From: the human T2T-CHM13v2.0 reference genome, Homo sapiens
Reading direction: 5' to 3' (one strand)
DNA length: 64,000 nt
Assembly: GCF_009914755.1 (NCBI RefSeq)
Contig: NC_060934.1
The position numbers and the translations under genes are program-made. Positions 14,993 through 29,800 of this stretch are shown piece after piece (positions within the stretch are counted from its first letter, which is position 1; each line of letters begins with the position of its first letter). Below the pieces are notes generated by a model, which saw only the letters and a program-made list of their open reading frames with translations, had not been told where the DNA came from and made no database searches.

Positions 14993-15298
14993 GGCCAGGG
15001 ATGGTGGCTCAGACCTATAATCCCAGCACTTTAGGAAGGTGAGGTGGGTGATCACTTGAGATCAGGAGTTGGAGACCAGCCTGGCCAACATGGCAAAACC
15101 CCATCTCGACTAAAAATAAAAAATTAGCCAGGCATGGTGGCACGCGCCTGTAACCCCAGCTACTTGGGAAGCTGAAGCATAAGAATCTCTTGAACCTGGG
15201 AGGTGGAGGAGGTTGTAGTGAACCAAGATCGTACTGTTGTGCTCCACCCTTCCAGCCTGGGTGACAGAGCAAGATTCTGTCTAATAAAAAAAAAAATA
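14993..15298 (+). mobile_element. Alu (AluS-like)
   Basis: GGCCAGGGATGGTGGCTCA start, dimer structure and A-rich tail. Confidence 0.92.
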
Positions 15299-17045
15299 AG
15301 AGGGCAAGATGAAAACTAATTGCCAAGGTCCACATTCCATTTACTTAAAATATAAAATTCATTAGCTGGTAGTTGATCCAGTTTTTTCTTACTTCGTTAC
15401 AATCTTGTATATCTTTCTAACACTGCTCAGCATGTTTACATTTGAACACACCTCAAGTGTGACTAACAACAAAAAATAAAGCGCAGATATTCCATAAATG
15501 AGTAAGTTCCAGTATGGCTGCATCCTACTGCAATTAATCCTTTGACAAGGTAAAACTGAGCCATCCTGACATAGCACTGACACATGGTACAAGAAGAATG
15601 ACCTCCAGTTAAGTCACTGGATTTAGAGAACATGTAAATACAGTTTATCACTAATTCACTAGCGATTAGCAAAAATTTAGAGGAAGAAGAAGTATCGGTA
15701 CTGTAACTAGAAATAAAGGCAAAAATAAGCATGAGAAATTAGTCACGTTTAAGTCAGTACCCTTTCTATGTGGCCGTAACAGTTTGCACACCTGTTGTGT
15801 GTACTTTCTCATGCTAAGCCGTCACCAAGCTCTCTATGAAGGTGGTAAGAGCTTCGCGAGTCGCAGAGCCTCGTATTCCTATTTAAACCTTCAAGAGCCA
15901 ACACCACACTCAGCACGCAGTGAGAACTCTGAATGCTCAGAGGAACGCATGATGGGATGAAGGGCCCCAGCCCTGCCATCAGCCTGCTGCTTATTTAAAG
16001 TATAAAACAAAGCCCTGCCTTCAAGGTGCTCAGATCTAACTAATACAAGGTTTTGCTTTTAACAAGCTAAATAACTAGTAATGATGAAGACTCTGAACAC
16101 CTGGGAGAAATGTAAGGCAACCTAGTAAGAGGAACTTGGCTGAGACTAAACCCAGAGATGTTTTGTTTTGTTTCTTTTGTTTTTTTGTGTTTTTTTTTTT
16201 TTAACCACAAAAGAAGAAAGAACTTAAGAACCTTTTGGAAAGTTGGGAGCAATTTCTATTTCTCCATGGTAGAACCTGGAATTTACCTTTGAGACAGACT
16301 GTCCTTCTGTTCTGAAAAATCAGATTATTCTTGCAATCCTCCATCAAGGGTGAAATTCCCAAAGGTGTGGAAAACTAAGTACTAATTTTAAAAATCCAAA
16401 TAACTACAATCTTAGATTTGAGATTATTCTCAAATTCCACATTTGGAAATGTTTTGCACAAAGTCCTTATTTTCCCTGTTTACTCGAAAGCTCTCTATTC
16501 TTCTTTTATCCTAAATATCTTCTTTCTCATCCTTCCAAACAGTACCTGAAGATGAACTTACATATCATTTTCAACGTTAACAAAGAAGATACTGCATTTG
16601 TCATGAACTGTTTATATTCACAACACTAGGAGGGATTTTGCTACATCATGAAGAACACAAGGCAGTAAATACTCCACGAATAAAGAACAGTAGAAAATGA
16701 ACACGTTTCCTGATGAGTGGCGACTTCTCATTTATTGAGCTGAGGGCTGACAAAGTTGTGATATGGAAAGCTAGACAGCTGCTATATTAGTTCTACCTCA
16801 CTGAAATCACCAAGTCCCTGTTGTTTCGTTTCTCTCATCTGGGGATGAAACACACCTCACAGAGCTGTTTATGATGTCAGGAACACACACATCAAGGAAG
16901 TGATTGGTTCCTAAATCATTGCAAAGCATCTACTAACCTGCCAAATTTCACTAGCTTGTAATGAACAACTGTTTTCATCCTATACTCTCCGGTGCTAACG
17001 AGATGGTGTGTTCCGGGATCCCTGCAGGGGCCCTATTCCTGTTGC

Positions 17046-19037
17046 CATAGAGCACACACACATCTAGATCCACATACTATATGTACATAGGTACAGTGTA
17101 ACATGTGTACATGCATAGTGTACACACATCCAACTACATATAGTGTACAAGCATAAGTGCACTATAACATGTGTGCATGCATAGAGAGCACACACATCCA
17201 GATCCATATAGTGTACGTACATAGGTACACTAACACACATGTACGTGCATAGAGCATACACACATCCAGATCCACAGTGTGTGCACATAGGCACACTGTA
17301 ACATGTGTACGTGCATAGAGCATTCACACATCCAGATCCATGTAGTGTACATATGTAGGTACACTATAACGTGTATGTGGTAGAGCGTACATACATCCAG
17401 ACCCAGTGTACAAACATAAGTGCACAACATGTGTATGTGCATAGAGCATACACACATGCAGATCCATGTAGTGTAGGTACATAGGTACACTAACATGTGT
17501 ACATGCGTAGAGCATACACCCAGATACAGTGTACAAACCTAAGTGCACTATAACATGTACATGCATAGAGCATACACACATCCAGATCCATTTAGTGTAC
17601 GTACATAGGTACACTAACATGTGTACATGCATACAGCATACACACATCCAGATTCATGTAGTGTACACACATAGGTACACTATAATACGTGTGTACATGC
17701 ATAGTGTACACACACCCAAATGTAGTGTACAAACAAGTTCACTATGTGTGTACAGTGTACACACATCCAGATCCATATAGCGTATGTACATAGGTACACT
17801 ATAACACATGTGTACATGCATAGAGCGTACACACATACAGATCCAGTGTACAAACATAAGTGCACTATGTGTGTACATGCAGAGAGCATACACACATCCA
17901 GATCCATAAAGTGTACATACATAGGTACACTATAACACATGCGTACATGCATAGAGCATACACATCCAAATAGTGTACAAACATGTGCACTGTAACATGT
18001 ACATGCATAGAGCAAACATCCAGATCCATAGTGTATGTACGTAAGTGCAGTATAACATGTATGTACACATAGTGTACACACATCCATATCAATACAGCAT
18101 ACATAGGTACACTATAATGTATGTACATGCAGAGCATACACATCCATATCCATATAGCATATGTACATAGGTACACTATAATGTGTACATGCATAGCATG
18201 TACACACATCTGTACAGTGTACATGCATATGTACACTATAACACATGTACATGCATCTAGCACACAATCTATATGCATACAATGTACATATAGGTACACT
18301 ATAACATGTATGTACATGAATAAAGCACAGCCATAGCCAATGTACATATACAGGTACACTATAACATGTATGTACATGAATAGCATGTACACGCATCTCT
18401 ATCCAGTGTACACAGGTATACTATAACCTGTATGTACATGCATATAGCATACACATGCACATTTGTATGTACATAGGTATAACATCTATATACATGCATA
18501 TAGTGTACACATATCCGATGTACAGTGCACTACAGCATGCCTACACATGCGTAGTGTATACATATGCACATATATATAATGTATATATGTCAGTACACTA
18601 ACATATACATGTGTAAAGTATGTACATATGCAGTACATAGTGTATGTACATATGCAGCATGCGTACATTAGTGTGCACATATCCACAAGTTTATTCAGTG
18701 TGCGTAGTGTACATGCATGCTTACAGTGTGCACACATGTATATATACAAGTACACAAATGTGCAAATACCCATATGGTGTATGTACACAGGTACATATAT
18801 GGCGTTAAATACATGCATGTATGTACACATATGCAGTACAGATACATGTCCAAATAGTGTGGATATAATAGTGCCCATAGTTATGCACATATGTACACAT
18901 GTACATGCATGCCCATAGCATGCACACATGTAGGACACATGTAGTGTACATACCTATACATTGTAAATACATGTACAATGGCAATACATAGTACGCATAC
19001 ACCACATACAAGTACACATTTGTATAGTACACATATA
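17046..19037. repeat. ~2-kb degenerate purine/pyrimidine-alternating array (~60-70 bp super-unit decaying to CATA/TACA simple repeat)
   Basis: Recurrent ACACATCCAGATCCA..AGTGTAC..CATAGGTACACTATAACATGTGTACATGCATAGAGCAT. Confidence 0.93.
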
Positions 19038-20238
19038 CCGAGACCCAGAACAGGCCATGAATATTAACGCTGCAGAAAGGCTTCCAGTTCCACATAATTT
19101 TTTTTTCCAAACTGTAATAGAAGTCATACAAAGAGGGTTTTAAGGAAATAATTTTCATGAATAAAGCTAGTGACAAAAACACAGTGAGAAGGGCGCAACC
19201 ACTTTCTATCAGAGCTCTGGCTTGACTGTGGAGTTCAGAGGTTTCCTAACATAGTACACGTCAGGACTGACTCACGATGAAGCACTCCTTAAAAAATTAG
19301 AAGTGTGTCCTCATGTTTTGGCCTTTGAGACAAAGCCTCTTATTTAATCGAGTTCTGACAATTTGACTCACAGTATTCTGGCAGATTATTCATTTTCTGG
19401 TGAGAGAGACCAATGTCCCAGGGTGAGGGCAACACCAAGCCCTTCAGGGTCAGCTTTTCTAGGAGCGATGTCTGGCAGAATGCAATCCAACACCAAAGTA
19501 GGATTCCCCACCACAAAGTGGACATCCCCCACCTGGCCACTTAGACGCTTTCTGATACTTACTCTAGTCTACTTGTTTCCCTTTCTTGAATTCAGCTGGG
19601 GAAAAAACAACAAAAACAGCCCATGTGTTTGTATGTATAAAAAGTTAATACATCCACATCCAACTTTCTAAATGAGAGATGGCAAGTATGATGGTCAAAC
19701 AGTGGCCACTGTTGACAAAATACAGGCAGTCTTCTGCAAATATGAGTTTCTAGGAATACAAAAGTCAAGGGAATTTACTTAACATGTTAAGCTGTCAAAG
19801 GTGCTAATCAAAAATGTACTTAGAGGTTTTTTTTAAAGTTATATTTGAAGATTTTTAAGTTGCAATACTTAAAAGCCTCTAGAAAAAGAAAAGATACAAG
19901 TATCTGGAAGATTTATACTAAATGATTTTAATGTATTTTTGGTAAAGTTAAATAAGGTCAGCCTTGAAGTAATGGGTTCCATTACCCTCTGAGGCCATGG
20001 ATGGAACCCACCACCACGAGAGAATCAAACAGCAAGGCTGCACACACAGGATGCAGGCAGTGAGCCGGGGCTGGCTGGTTGTCAGGTTCTGGGTCAGTTC
20101 TACCCGGTTCTGCCCAGGCCCTACTGGAGATGAAAACTTGTCCTTGAGAAGCCTTCAATCCCCCACCTTTCAAAATCTAATCCTCTCCAACTGAGGTCCG
20201 AGTCCAAAAATCTACTGACATCTTAGCACATGTTAGGC

Positions 20239-20590
20239 CAGCTGTCCCCAGCCTTTTTGGCACCAGCGATGGGTTTACGTGGACGACAATTTTTCTGGGG
20301 GGTGGTTTTGGAATGAAACCGTTCCACCTCAGGTCAGGCATTGGATCCTCATAAGGAGCACCTCCGAGATCCCTCACGCACAGTTTACAATAGGGTTCCA
20401 ACGTCTATGAGAACACAGTTTACAATAGGATTCCAGTGTCTATGAGAATCTAATGCTGCCACTGATCCAAGAGGAGGCGGAGCTCAGGCAGTCATGCTCA
20501 CTCACCGGCCACCCACCCCCTGCTACAAAAACCCGGTTCCTAACAGACCGTGGACTGGCACCAGTCTGCAGCCCAGGGCTAAGCCCTACC
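20239..20590 (+). mobile_element. MER1B-type hAT-Charlie non-autonomous DNA transposon
   Basis: CAGCTGTCCCCAGCCTTTTTGGCACCAG start; TTCCACCTCAG, CTCATAAGGAGC, GAGAATCTAATGC, GGAGGCGGAGCTCAGG and CCGGTTCCTAACAG match the recalled MER1B consensus. Confidence 0.85.
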
Positions 20591-20734
20591 GGCCAGCACC
20601 CACACCAGCCCAGGTGGAGACACCACTCGTGACCCTGCTGGGCAGAAAGGAAGCCTGAGGGCAGCTCCCTGACCAGGATGCCATGCACCCAACCCAAATA
20701 CAGAGGTTCTCCGTAAAAACCCACCGTACACTTA

Positions 20735-21235
<501 letters not shown>

Positions 21236-22730
21236 CTATGATATAGTCTCAAAACAATAGAAGGAAGGTACCATTTTCAAATAAAATTTCTGATGTATAT
21301 TCAAGTGTTACCTCTTGGGAAAATGGGGAAGACTAATTTTCTCCATAAACAAAACACACAGCACTTTGCCACACATAATACATGGCGATTTATGGCAGTT
21401 GCCACATATTTTCACATGTATTACCTTTTGGGCATCTTCTAGGTTTGCAAGAATCAGTGACTACTTTTATCCCCCACAACACACAGAGAAATGCATGAGC
21501 ATATCTCCTCCAATGGAGCCTTCACCATAAATACACTCATAGGAAAAAGAACGTTGTACTCCAAGTGCATCTGCAAACGCAGTTTTCTTCTGAAAAGCCA
21601 AGGGGCATGCAAAGCAAACACGGCATATCACTAAAGCGCAAAGGAGAACGGAGCACCTCTCTTAGCAGAAAGAGAATTATAGGATAGCTAGTTGGGAACA
21701 TTTTTTTAAAAAGTTTATATGGAATGAATTATCCCAGGGAGCCTGTTTGGTACCTGCATTAAAAGGCAATTCATTATCCTACATAAGGTCCTTTACGGAA
21801 GGTTCACAGTAACATCCCTGGAAATGGCATTCTCCTAGTGAACTTTCAATGTTCAGATTTCAGTATCGATATAACTTTGTAAGCAGTCAGGAGAGGGGCG
21901 GCTCAGAGGCTGAAAGCACACAGGTCAGGGCCCTCTTGTGTCCCACAGCCTCACCTGGGCCTCGCTTTCTGCACTGCCCGGGGCTGCTCCCGAGACTGTG
22001 CTGAAACCGATCTGTGCACGCCAAGCAGCTCTCAGCCAGCGCTCAACAGCCGGAAGCAGTTCTGCCACGGTCATCCTCCTTGTAATAAAATAAAGAACAC
22101 CCGATGCAGAAACAGGTATTAAATGAGTTATCAAAGCCGAAATCCACCCGATCGCTCCAAAACAAAAACACACCACTGCCCAATACTGATGTGAGCCAAA
22201 AACATGGAAGACCTGAGGGCCCACACTGACCACAGCCAGACGCCACTTCTCCAAGAACCAAGCACGTGCCTAGAGATCGCCTGTAATGACGCAGAAGGAG
22301 AGCAGCTTTGAGCAGCCACAAATGTGAAAGAGAGAGGCGCGGGGGCCAGGGTGCTGGGTGGGTCCGTCTTTGTGACCTCACTGACCTCTGTCCCTTGGTG
22401 TCTGTCCTATGGAGGAGGTGGCCCCCAAATCCCTGCATCCCTTCAGCACTGACTCTGAGGCTGCCCTGAAGTCTCCCCAGGGCTGAGACTACTTCTAAAT
22501 CCTGCTAACTGCACCCCCACATAACTAAAAACAAAACATCAACTATGCAGACAGGAAAAGAAAAATATACACCAATACTCCCCTATTCAACAGGCATTTA
22601 AAAAGTAACAGGAAAATTGTGATACTCTTTAAACAACCACCAGCCATCATGTCCTGTTGAAATGTTTTAGCTAATCAGGAACATCTTTACCAAGCATCTG
22701 TGTTTTTAGGAAATCAGTTGACAGATTCCA

Positions 22731-23456
22731 AATCTCGGAGCCCACGACCTGACACCCACTCACGCGCATCACCTCTCAATCTCGGGGCCCACAACCTGAC
22801 CCCCACTCACGCGCATCACCTCTCAATCTCGGGGCCCGCAACCTGGCCCCCACTCACGCGCATCACCTCTCAGATAATCTCGGGGCCCGCGACCTGGCCC
22901 CCACTCACGGGCACCACCTCTCTAGTCTCGGGGCCCGCGACCTGACCCCCACTCACGCGCATCACCTCTCAATCTCGGGGCCCGCGACCTGACCCCCACT
23001 CACGCGCATCACCTCTCAATCTCGGGGCCCGCAACCTGACCCCCACTCACGCGCATCACCTCTCAATCTCGGGGCCCGCGACCTGACCCCCACTCACGCG
23101 CATCACCTCTCAGATAATCTCGGGGCCCACAACCTGGCCCCCACTCACGCGTATCACCTCTCAGATAATCTCGGGGCCCGCGACCTGACCCCCACTCACG
23201 CGCATCACCTCTCAGATAATCTCGGGGCCCACAACCTGACCCCCACTCATGCGCATCACCTCTCAATCTCAGGGCCCGCGACCTGACCCCCACTCACGCG
23301 CATCACCTCTCAATCTCGGGGCCCGCGACCTGACCCCCACTCACGCGCATCACCTCTCAGATAATCTCGGGGCCCGCAACCTGGCCCCCACTCACGCACA
23401 TCACCTCTCAATCTCAGGGCCCACGACCTGGCCCCCACTCACGGGCATCACCTCTC
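22731..23456. repeat. CpG-rich minisatellite, 47-bp unit with 51-bp variant, 15 copies
   Basis: AATCTCGGGGCCCGCGACCTGACCCCCACTCACGCGCATCACCTCTC; the variant adds AGAT. Confidence 0.97.
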
Positions 23457-25230
23457 CAGCAGAAAGAGCCTTGGACACCATTCAAATGGTAAGGAACAAG
23501 GGTACTTTTCCCTCAACACAAAACAAGCTTGACCTCTATGAGCCCGGAGAACACCGACGTTTGTGTAGACACTTTCCCACTGACTTCGTCAGAGCAAGCG
23601 TTCCCCATCCCACGCCACCCTGTTTTTCTCTCCCTGGGACACCAGCGGGCATCGCCCTCACAAGCTGGAAACAGAGGACCAAGCTGACAGGAGGCCTCTC
23701 TCCATTCCCTACTGAATTCGCTCAGAAGACGGGTGTTCCCAAACACACACAGCCCTGAGTATTCCACATAGTATTACATTCAGTAAATCGCATTTGAATG
23801 CCTCAAGCGCTTTTAATAATCCCAGAGTAATTCTATAAAACCGGGAAATCCGTCTCACCTGGCTCCAGGATCACGGCCCAGGTGATGTGGGCACACACAT
23901 CCTGAAGCTCCAACACTCAACTGAAGCGGGGCGAGTGAAATGATCCTGGGTATAATTTACATGGACACAGGAAGGTGGCTGAGCCCAAATCCCCTAAACC
24001 AGGAACACCGGCGTCCTGCAGGGGCCTCACCTCTGTCCTTTCCCAGCCTCTGGGAACCACCACTCTGCTCTCTACTGCCACAAACGCCGCTGCAAGGTAC
24101 AACCAGGAAGATCATCATTCAAAACTGAGGATTGTGGCAGAACAAAGCTGTCAGATTTTAATCACCAACAACACTAGTTACATGACCCAAAGATGATTAA
24201 AACACCAGGCCATTCAAGACTGAATTTTATCTATACTTAAATGCATTTAATCACCATATTAGAGGGTTAAGGGGGGTTATTCCTTTGTTTTGCAGCAAAT
24301 ATATCCAACTGCTGTAAAAGGAAAAGGCAATTTGGTAATGACGCTTCTTGCAGTGTCTCAACGGGCCTCAAGGAGACACAGGATTAAAGGCAGGACTCCT
24401 GGGCAGAAACGGCTCAACTCTAAGGGCAGGTGGAGTTCCTGAGCACCAACCAAGGCAAAGTAAGGTCCAAGACCACACCACACTTCCCTCAACCACGTCT
24501 TCATTCCACGTTTCCTTCTATTTCTCACAACTTCTCTGGGAGAGAGAATTAAATTGTGCTGAGCCTCTGAAAGAAAATGGAAACACACATGGGAAGGCCC
24601 TGCAGATGCTGAGAATGGACGCAGCCATCACAGCCTGAATGTCCTTTCAGGGCCATCTGACCTGGCTGGGATCCAAGTGCAGGAATGCATATCGGACACA
24701 TGAAACCAGGATTACAGCCACTGAACAGCAGTTTTCCACCCCACCACAAGCGGCCTTGCTAGGGGCTTCCTCAGGGACCACCAACCTCACGCCACCACCC
24801 CTCACTACTTCACTAACCTACGTCACGCCAGAGGCCACCCCAGGCAGACCAGCCCTAAGTCCCGCTTCATGGTAAACCCTCCAGGCAAACTTTCTCGGCC
24901 TCCTCCGGGAGGCTGTGCTCGGAAGGTGCCCTCATTTACTTCTGTGGCTCTGAGACATTTAACTAGAGCCCAACACATCTCTTCCTGTTCACATAGTATT
25001 GAGTTAACAGATTTTTGTGAGGAAACTTTCACTGGGAAAAACACCATCTCAAGAGCCCCAATGACCACAATGAAAATGTTTTTACCTCCCTTTAGGTGAC
25101 ATCTGCAAGGCCAGGTCCAGGGAACGTTCTGGATCTCAGATAGATAATGGCTTATCCACTCATGGTAAGCCTTGGTCTTGTTTCACAAGCTATCAAATGC
25201 TGCCCCCCACATTTTGTGGGGAAAACCCCA

Positions 25231-25660
25231 CAACATGGTGGGGAGGGGCGACCAGCATGAGTTCTAAGGCCAGACCACGTGGGTCCCCACTGACAGCATG
25301 GGGAGGGGCAAACAGTGCAGTGTCTAAGGCCAGACTACCCGGGTCCCCACTGACAGCATGGCGAGGTGCAAACAGTGCAGGGTCTAAGGCCGGACCACCT
25401 GGGTCCCTGCTGACAGCGTGGCGAGGGGCAAACAGTGCAGGGTCTAAGGCCGGACCACCCGGATCCCTGCTGATAGCGTGGCGAGGGGCAAACAGTGCAG
25501 GGTCTAAGGCCGGACCACCCGGGTCCCTGCTGACAGTGTGGCGAGGGGCAAACAGTGCAGGGTCTAAGGCCAGACTACCCGGGTCCCTGCTGACAGCGTG
25601 GCGAGGGGCAAACAGTGCAGGGTCTAAGGCTGGACCACCCAGGGTCCCGCTGATACCATG
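25231..25660. repeat. 60-bp minisatellite, ~7 copies
   Basis: GGTCTAAGGCCGGACCACCCGGGTCCCTGCTGACAGCGTGGCGAGGGGCAAACAGTGCAG, in register with the 60-column lines. Confidence 0.95.
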
Positions 25661-25929
25661 ACTTCAGGAGTTTCCTAAACCCTCTGCTCTCCAAGTTCCG
25701 CGTCAGTAAAACGCGGTGATAACCGTGGCCACCTCGTGGGATGACGGGATCACACACAGGAACAGCGTCAGCACACGGATTGCTGGGCACGTGGGAGGCC
25801 ACACTGCCATAGGTCACCCCATGTGAAATCCAGGTCATTTAATAAAATGAAATAAAAATACCCCAAACCTACAGTCCTATAAAGGTCATTAATCCCAGCT
25901 ATCCTCAAGACATTGATCAATAACAAGTC

Positions 25930-26663
25930 GCTTCAGCCCTGACCCTCCTGAAACCCCACATCCACACCAGGCACTGCCTCAGCCCTGACCCTCCTGAAAC
26001 CCCACATCCACACCAGCCACTGCCTCAGCCCTGACCCTGCGGAAACCCCACATCCACACCAGGCACTGCCTCAGCCCTGACCCTCCTGAAACCCCACATC
26101 CACACCAGCCACTGCCTCAGCCCTGACCCTGCGGAAACCCCACATCCACACCAGGCGCTGCCTCAGCCCTCACCCTCCTGAAACCCCACATCCACACCAG
26201 CCACTGCCTCAGCCCTGACCCTGCGGAAACCCCACATCCACACCAGGCACTGCCTCAGCCCTCACCCTCCTGAAACCCCACATCCACACCAGCCACTGCC
26301 TCAGCCCTGACCCTGCGGAAACCCCACATCCACACCAGGCACTGCCTCAGCCCTGACCCTGCAGAAACCCCACATCCACACCAGCCACTGCCTCAGCCCT
26401 GACCCTGCGGAAACCCCACATCCACACCAGGCACTGCCTCAGCCCTCACCCTCCTGAAACCCCACATCCACACCAGCCACTGCCTCAGCCCTGACCCTGC
26501 GGAAACCCCACATCCACACCAGGCACTGCCTCAGCCCTGACCCTGCGGAAACCCCACATCCACACCAGCCACTGCCTCAGCCCTGACCCTGCGGAAACCC
26601 CACATCCACACCAGCCACTGCTTCAGCCCTGACCCTCCGGAAACCCCACATCCACACCAGCCA
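25930..26663. repeat. 46-bp minisatellite, ~16 copies
   Basis: GCCTCAGCCCTGACCCT(CCT/GCG)GAAACCCCACATCCACACCAG(G/C)CACT. Confidence 0.97.
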
Positions 26664-27169
26664 CAGGAGGGCAGGGAAGGACCAGGACTGTGTCCTGGGA
26701 ACTTAAACTCTGGAAGCTGAGTCAAATCAGTGCTGCTCAAATCTTGTCATCAACTGTCTTGTTAAATTGGGAGATTCCATCTCCGGGGGTCTCAAGGGAA
26801 CCTGAGGCTCCGCACTGGGTGAGGTGAGCACTCATGCTGGAATGAGAGGTCAGGGAAAGTTCAACCGAATCTGAGGTCGCAGCTGCCTGCGGCTTGGGTC
26901 CCTGCCGGGAAAGTGACACCAGGGCCCTATCAGGACAGTAACAGAGGTCCCGGCAGAGGTCCCAGGAGGCAAGTCCAAGCGCAGAGGCTCGTGGACCCAA
27001 AGCTTGCTCCAGGGCCAAGAGGGGCTGCTGTGCTGACAGTCGTGAGGCAGGCAGCCTTCGAGCTCCTCCAGCTGCCGTCCCGCAGGCGGGGAGGGTGGTG
27101 CCTGAACTGCCCCACAGGCTACCCCAGCCTGCCAGGCTGGTACTCTCACCCCAGCCACTGACAAGAGCC

Positions 27170-28010
27170 CCCATGTTCAACATCTGGACACAGTTTTTCT
27201 TGAACATCAGCTTCTGTTTCTCTGGGGTAAATACCCAGGAGTGGGGTCACCGGGCCCCACGTTTGTGTGAGTTCAGTTTTGTAAGAAACTGCTGAGCCGT
27301 CTGCACCATGCTGAACCGCAGCATCACACAGGAGTCCCGGCTGCCTCTGTCCTCACCACCACCTGGTGCTGAAGACCTTCCATCAGCCGCTCCAGCAGGG
27401 GTGTAAAAAAATTCACCGCAGCTGCAATGCACATCTCGCTGAAACCAGTCGCACTGAAGGTCATTTCAGATGCTTTCAGGCCACCCTCCCCGTCCTTCTC
27501 GATGGAGCACCTGTTCAGGTCTCTGCCCGCTTTTAAGTCAGGTGGTTTGTTCTCTCAGTCATGAGCTTTGGGAGTCCTGTATGCATTCTGGACACAAGTC
27601 CTTTGCCAGCTGCATGATTTGTAGACATCTTCTCCCTGTCTGCAGAAAATGTGTCTCTTCAATTCCCTAGGGGTGTCTTTTATATTAAAAGTTTAATTTT
27701 GATGAAGTCTTGTCTCCTTGTTTTCTTCCCTATGGATCATTGGTTATCATGGCTAAGAGCTCTAACCCTAGGTCAAGACCCAAGGTCTCGACGATTTCCA
27801 TTTCTTCTACAGGTTTTCTAGTTTGGCATTTTACATTCAGGGTTATGGTCCACCTTAATTTTCATACAGGAATTTCTCCTTGTTTTCACTCTTTTGCATA
27901 TGGCTGTCCGATAATTCCAGCACCATTTGTTGAAAAGACTCAAATTCCACTGACCTGCTTTTGCATCTTTGGGTCTTCTGGACTCCACTCTGTCAGCTAA
28001 CCCGTGTGTC
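27170..28010 (-). mobile_element. Old L1 (L1M-type) fragment from the ORF2 end/3' region
   Basis: Antisense L1-like text: GGGTAAATACCCAGGAGTGG, ATTCTGGACACAAGTCCTTTG, TTTAATTTTGATGAAGTC, CCAGCACCATTTGTTGAAAAGAC. Confidence 0.8.
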
Positions 28011-29428
28011 CCTCCTGAGCATAATTTACGACTTCAGTGGATGTCTCTTTGTGAAAAAAGTAATTCTGTCTGGAAGCAAAAACCACACTAGAAATACTCT
28101 AATGAGATTCTTCCTCTTGTCAGGAGAGTAGAGGCACTGCCCTATGCAGAGGTGAGGCCTCAAAGGCTCCCAGGTGAAACCTTAACACACAAGGGGGAAG
28201 GCAATTCATTTCAAGGTAGTTACCAAGGGCCACAACATGAGACCAATGTAGCCATTAAAACTGCAATAATTTCACAACAGAATGAAATTCATAAGAACTG
28301 CTGAGAAGCGTGTGATAAGTTACATAAATCACCGTATCAAGATTCTGACGGTTGACTAGAAGAGAAATACCTTTCACAGTATAGTTCAAACAGGAGAAAG
28401 GTAGGAGTGGTTTCCACATCACACAGGGCCTGTGGGAAATGGACACTCTTCCTCTAAACGGGAGGTCCCGGGAGTGACGTGATAAACCACAGTGAGAGGC
28501 ACGGAACTGTGAAAACCGGAGTCACGGCCTGAGCCCCACCACTGAGCCTCTGCGTCCATGAACGACGAGGCTCGAATGTCAGGCCAGGGGCAACCAAGGT
28601 AGTTATCAGGGGACAAGAAAATGAGTACATGGTGCAAGGCAAAGGTCTGAAATAGCACAGCACCTTCGAGTCAAGTGGGACAAACTGACTCAAAATACAG
28701 CTTCTAAAAAAACCACAGCAAGCTGTTCCTTGGCTCTGGAAAGGCTAAATGACTAACGCCCACACTGAGCATCTTCTCCCAGAGGTGACCCTGGTGACAC
28801 AAGGCCCAGTTCCTGCGAACCCACGCCGAACCTCAGTGAGGAACTTGCTGGTATCTTACGGCATATCGACATGTTCCTTTAAAATCAGGTGTTTCATCAA
28901 CGATGCAGGTGCCAGCTTTGACTCATTCACATTTCGATTCAACAAGATAATTTGCACCCTGACCATGCCAGATGAGAGTTTACTACAATCTTTAAACAGA
29001 GCCAGAGGCCATAGTCTGCTCCTACACAACACTATATCTCTACAAGTTAGACGGGTTTTTACTTTACATATCTTCACTTACCTAGTGCTAGAAAGCAGAT
29101 TAAAAATAGAAGGAACCCAGAAACGCTATTGAAACTCAAATATCTTACAGCCACCATTCTGATGACCTAGGCAGGTCGTCCTAAGGTCTCCACCGCACCA
29201 GAGCCTGCGAGGTGAAGGGGCCGCCTCCCTCCAGCAGGAGTCCAGGAGCAGTGACTGCACCAGCTTCATGGCGTGAGAATTCCCCCCTCGGTCTCCGAGC
29301 CTCCAGTCTGTCCCCCACCAGGTTCTTCTGCCGGTGGCAAGGCCCAAGCTGGGTGGCACATTGGTTCTGACCATTTCCCTTGTCAAGATCAACACTGCAA
29401 ACACACATCCAATTCATCCTGTCACTAA

Positions 29429-29800
<372 letters not shown>

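Noticed and set aside
15690-15750. Minus-strand branch point, polypyrimidine tract and AG
   Set aside because: No convincing downstream donor or coding frame was found
17064-19182. Many Cys/Val/His/Met/Tyr-rich ORFs
   Set aside because: Artefacts of the RY array
22731-26663. Repeat arrays as CRISPR
   Set aside because: Head-to-tail units with no unique spacers, no cas genes, eukaryotic context
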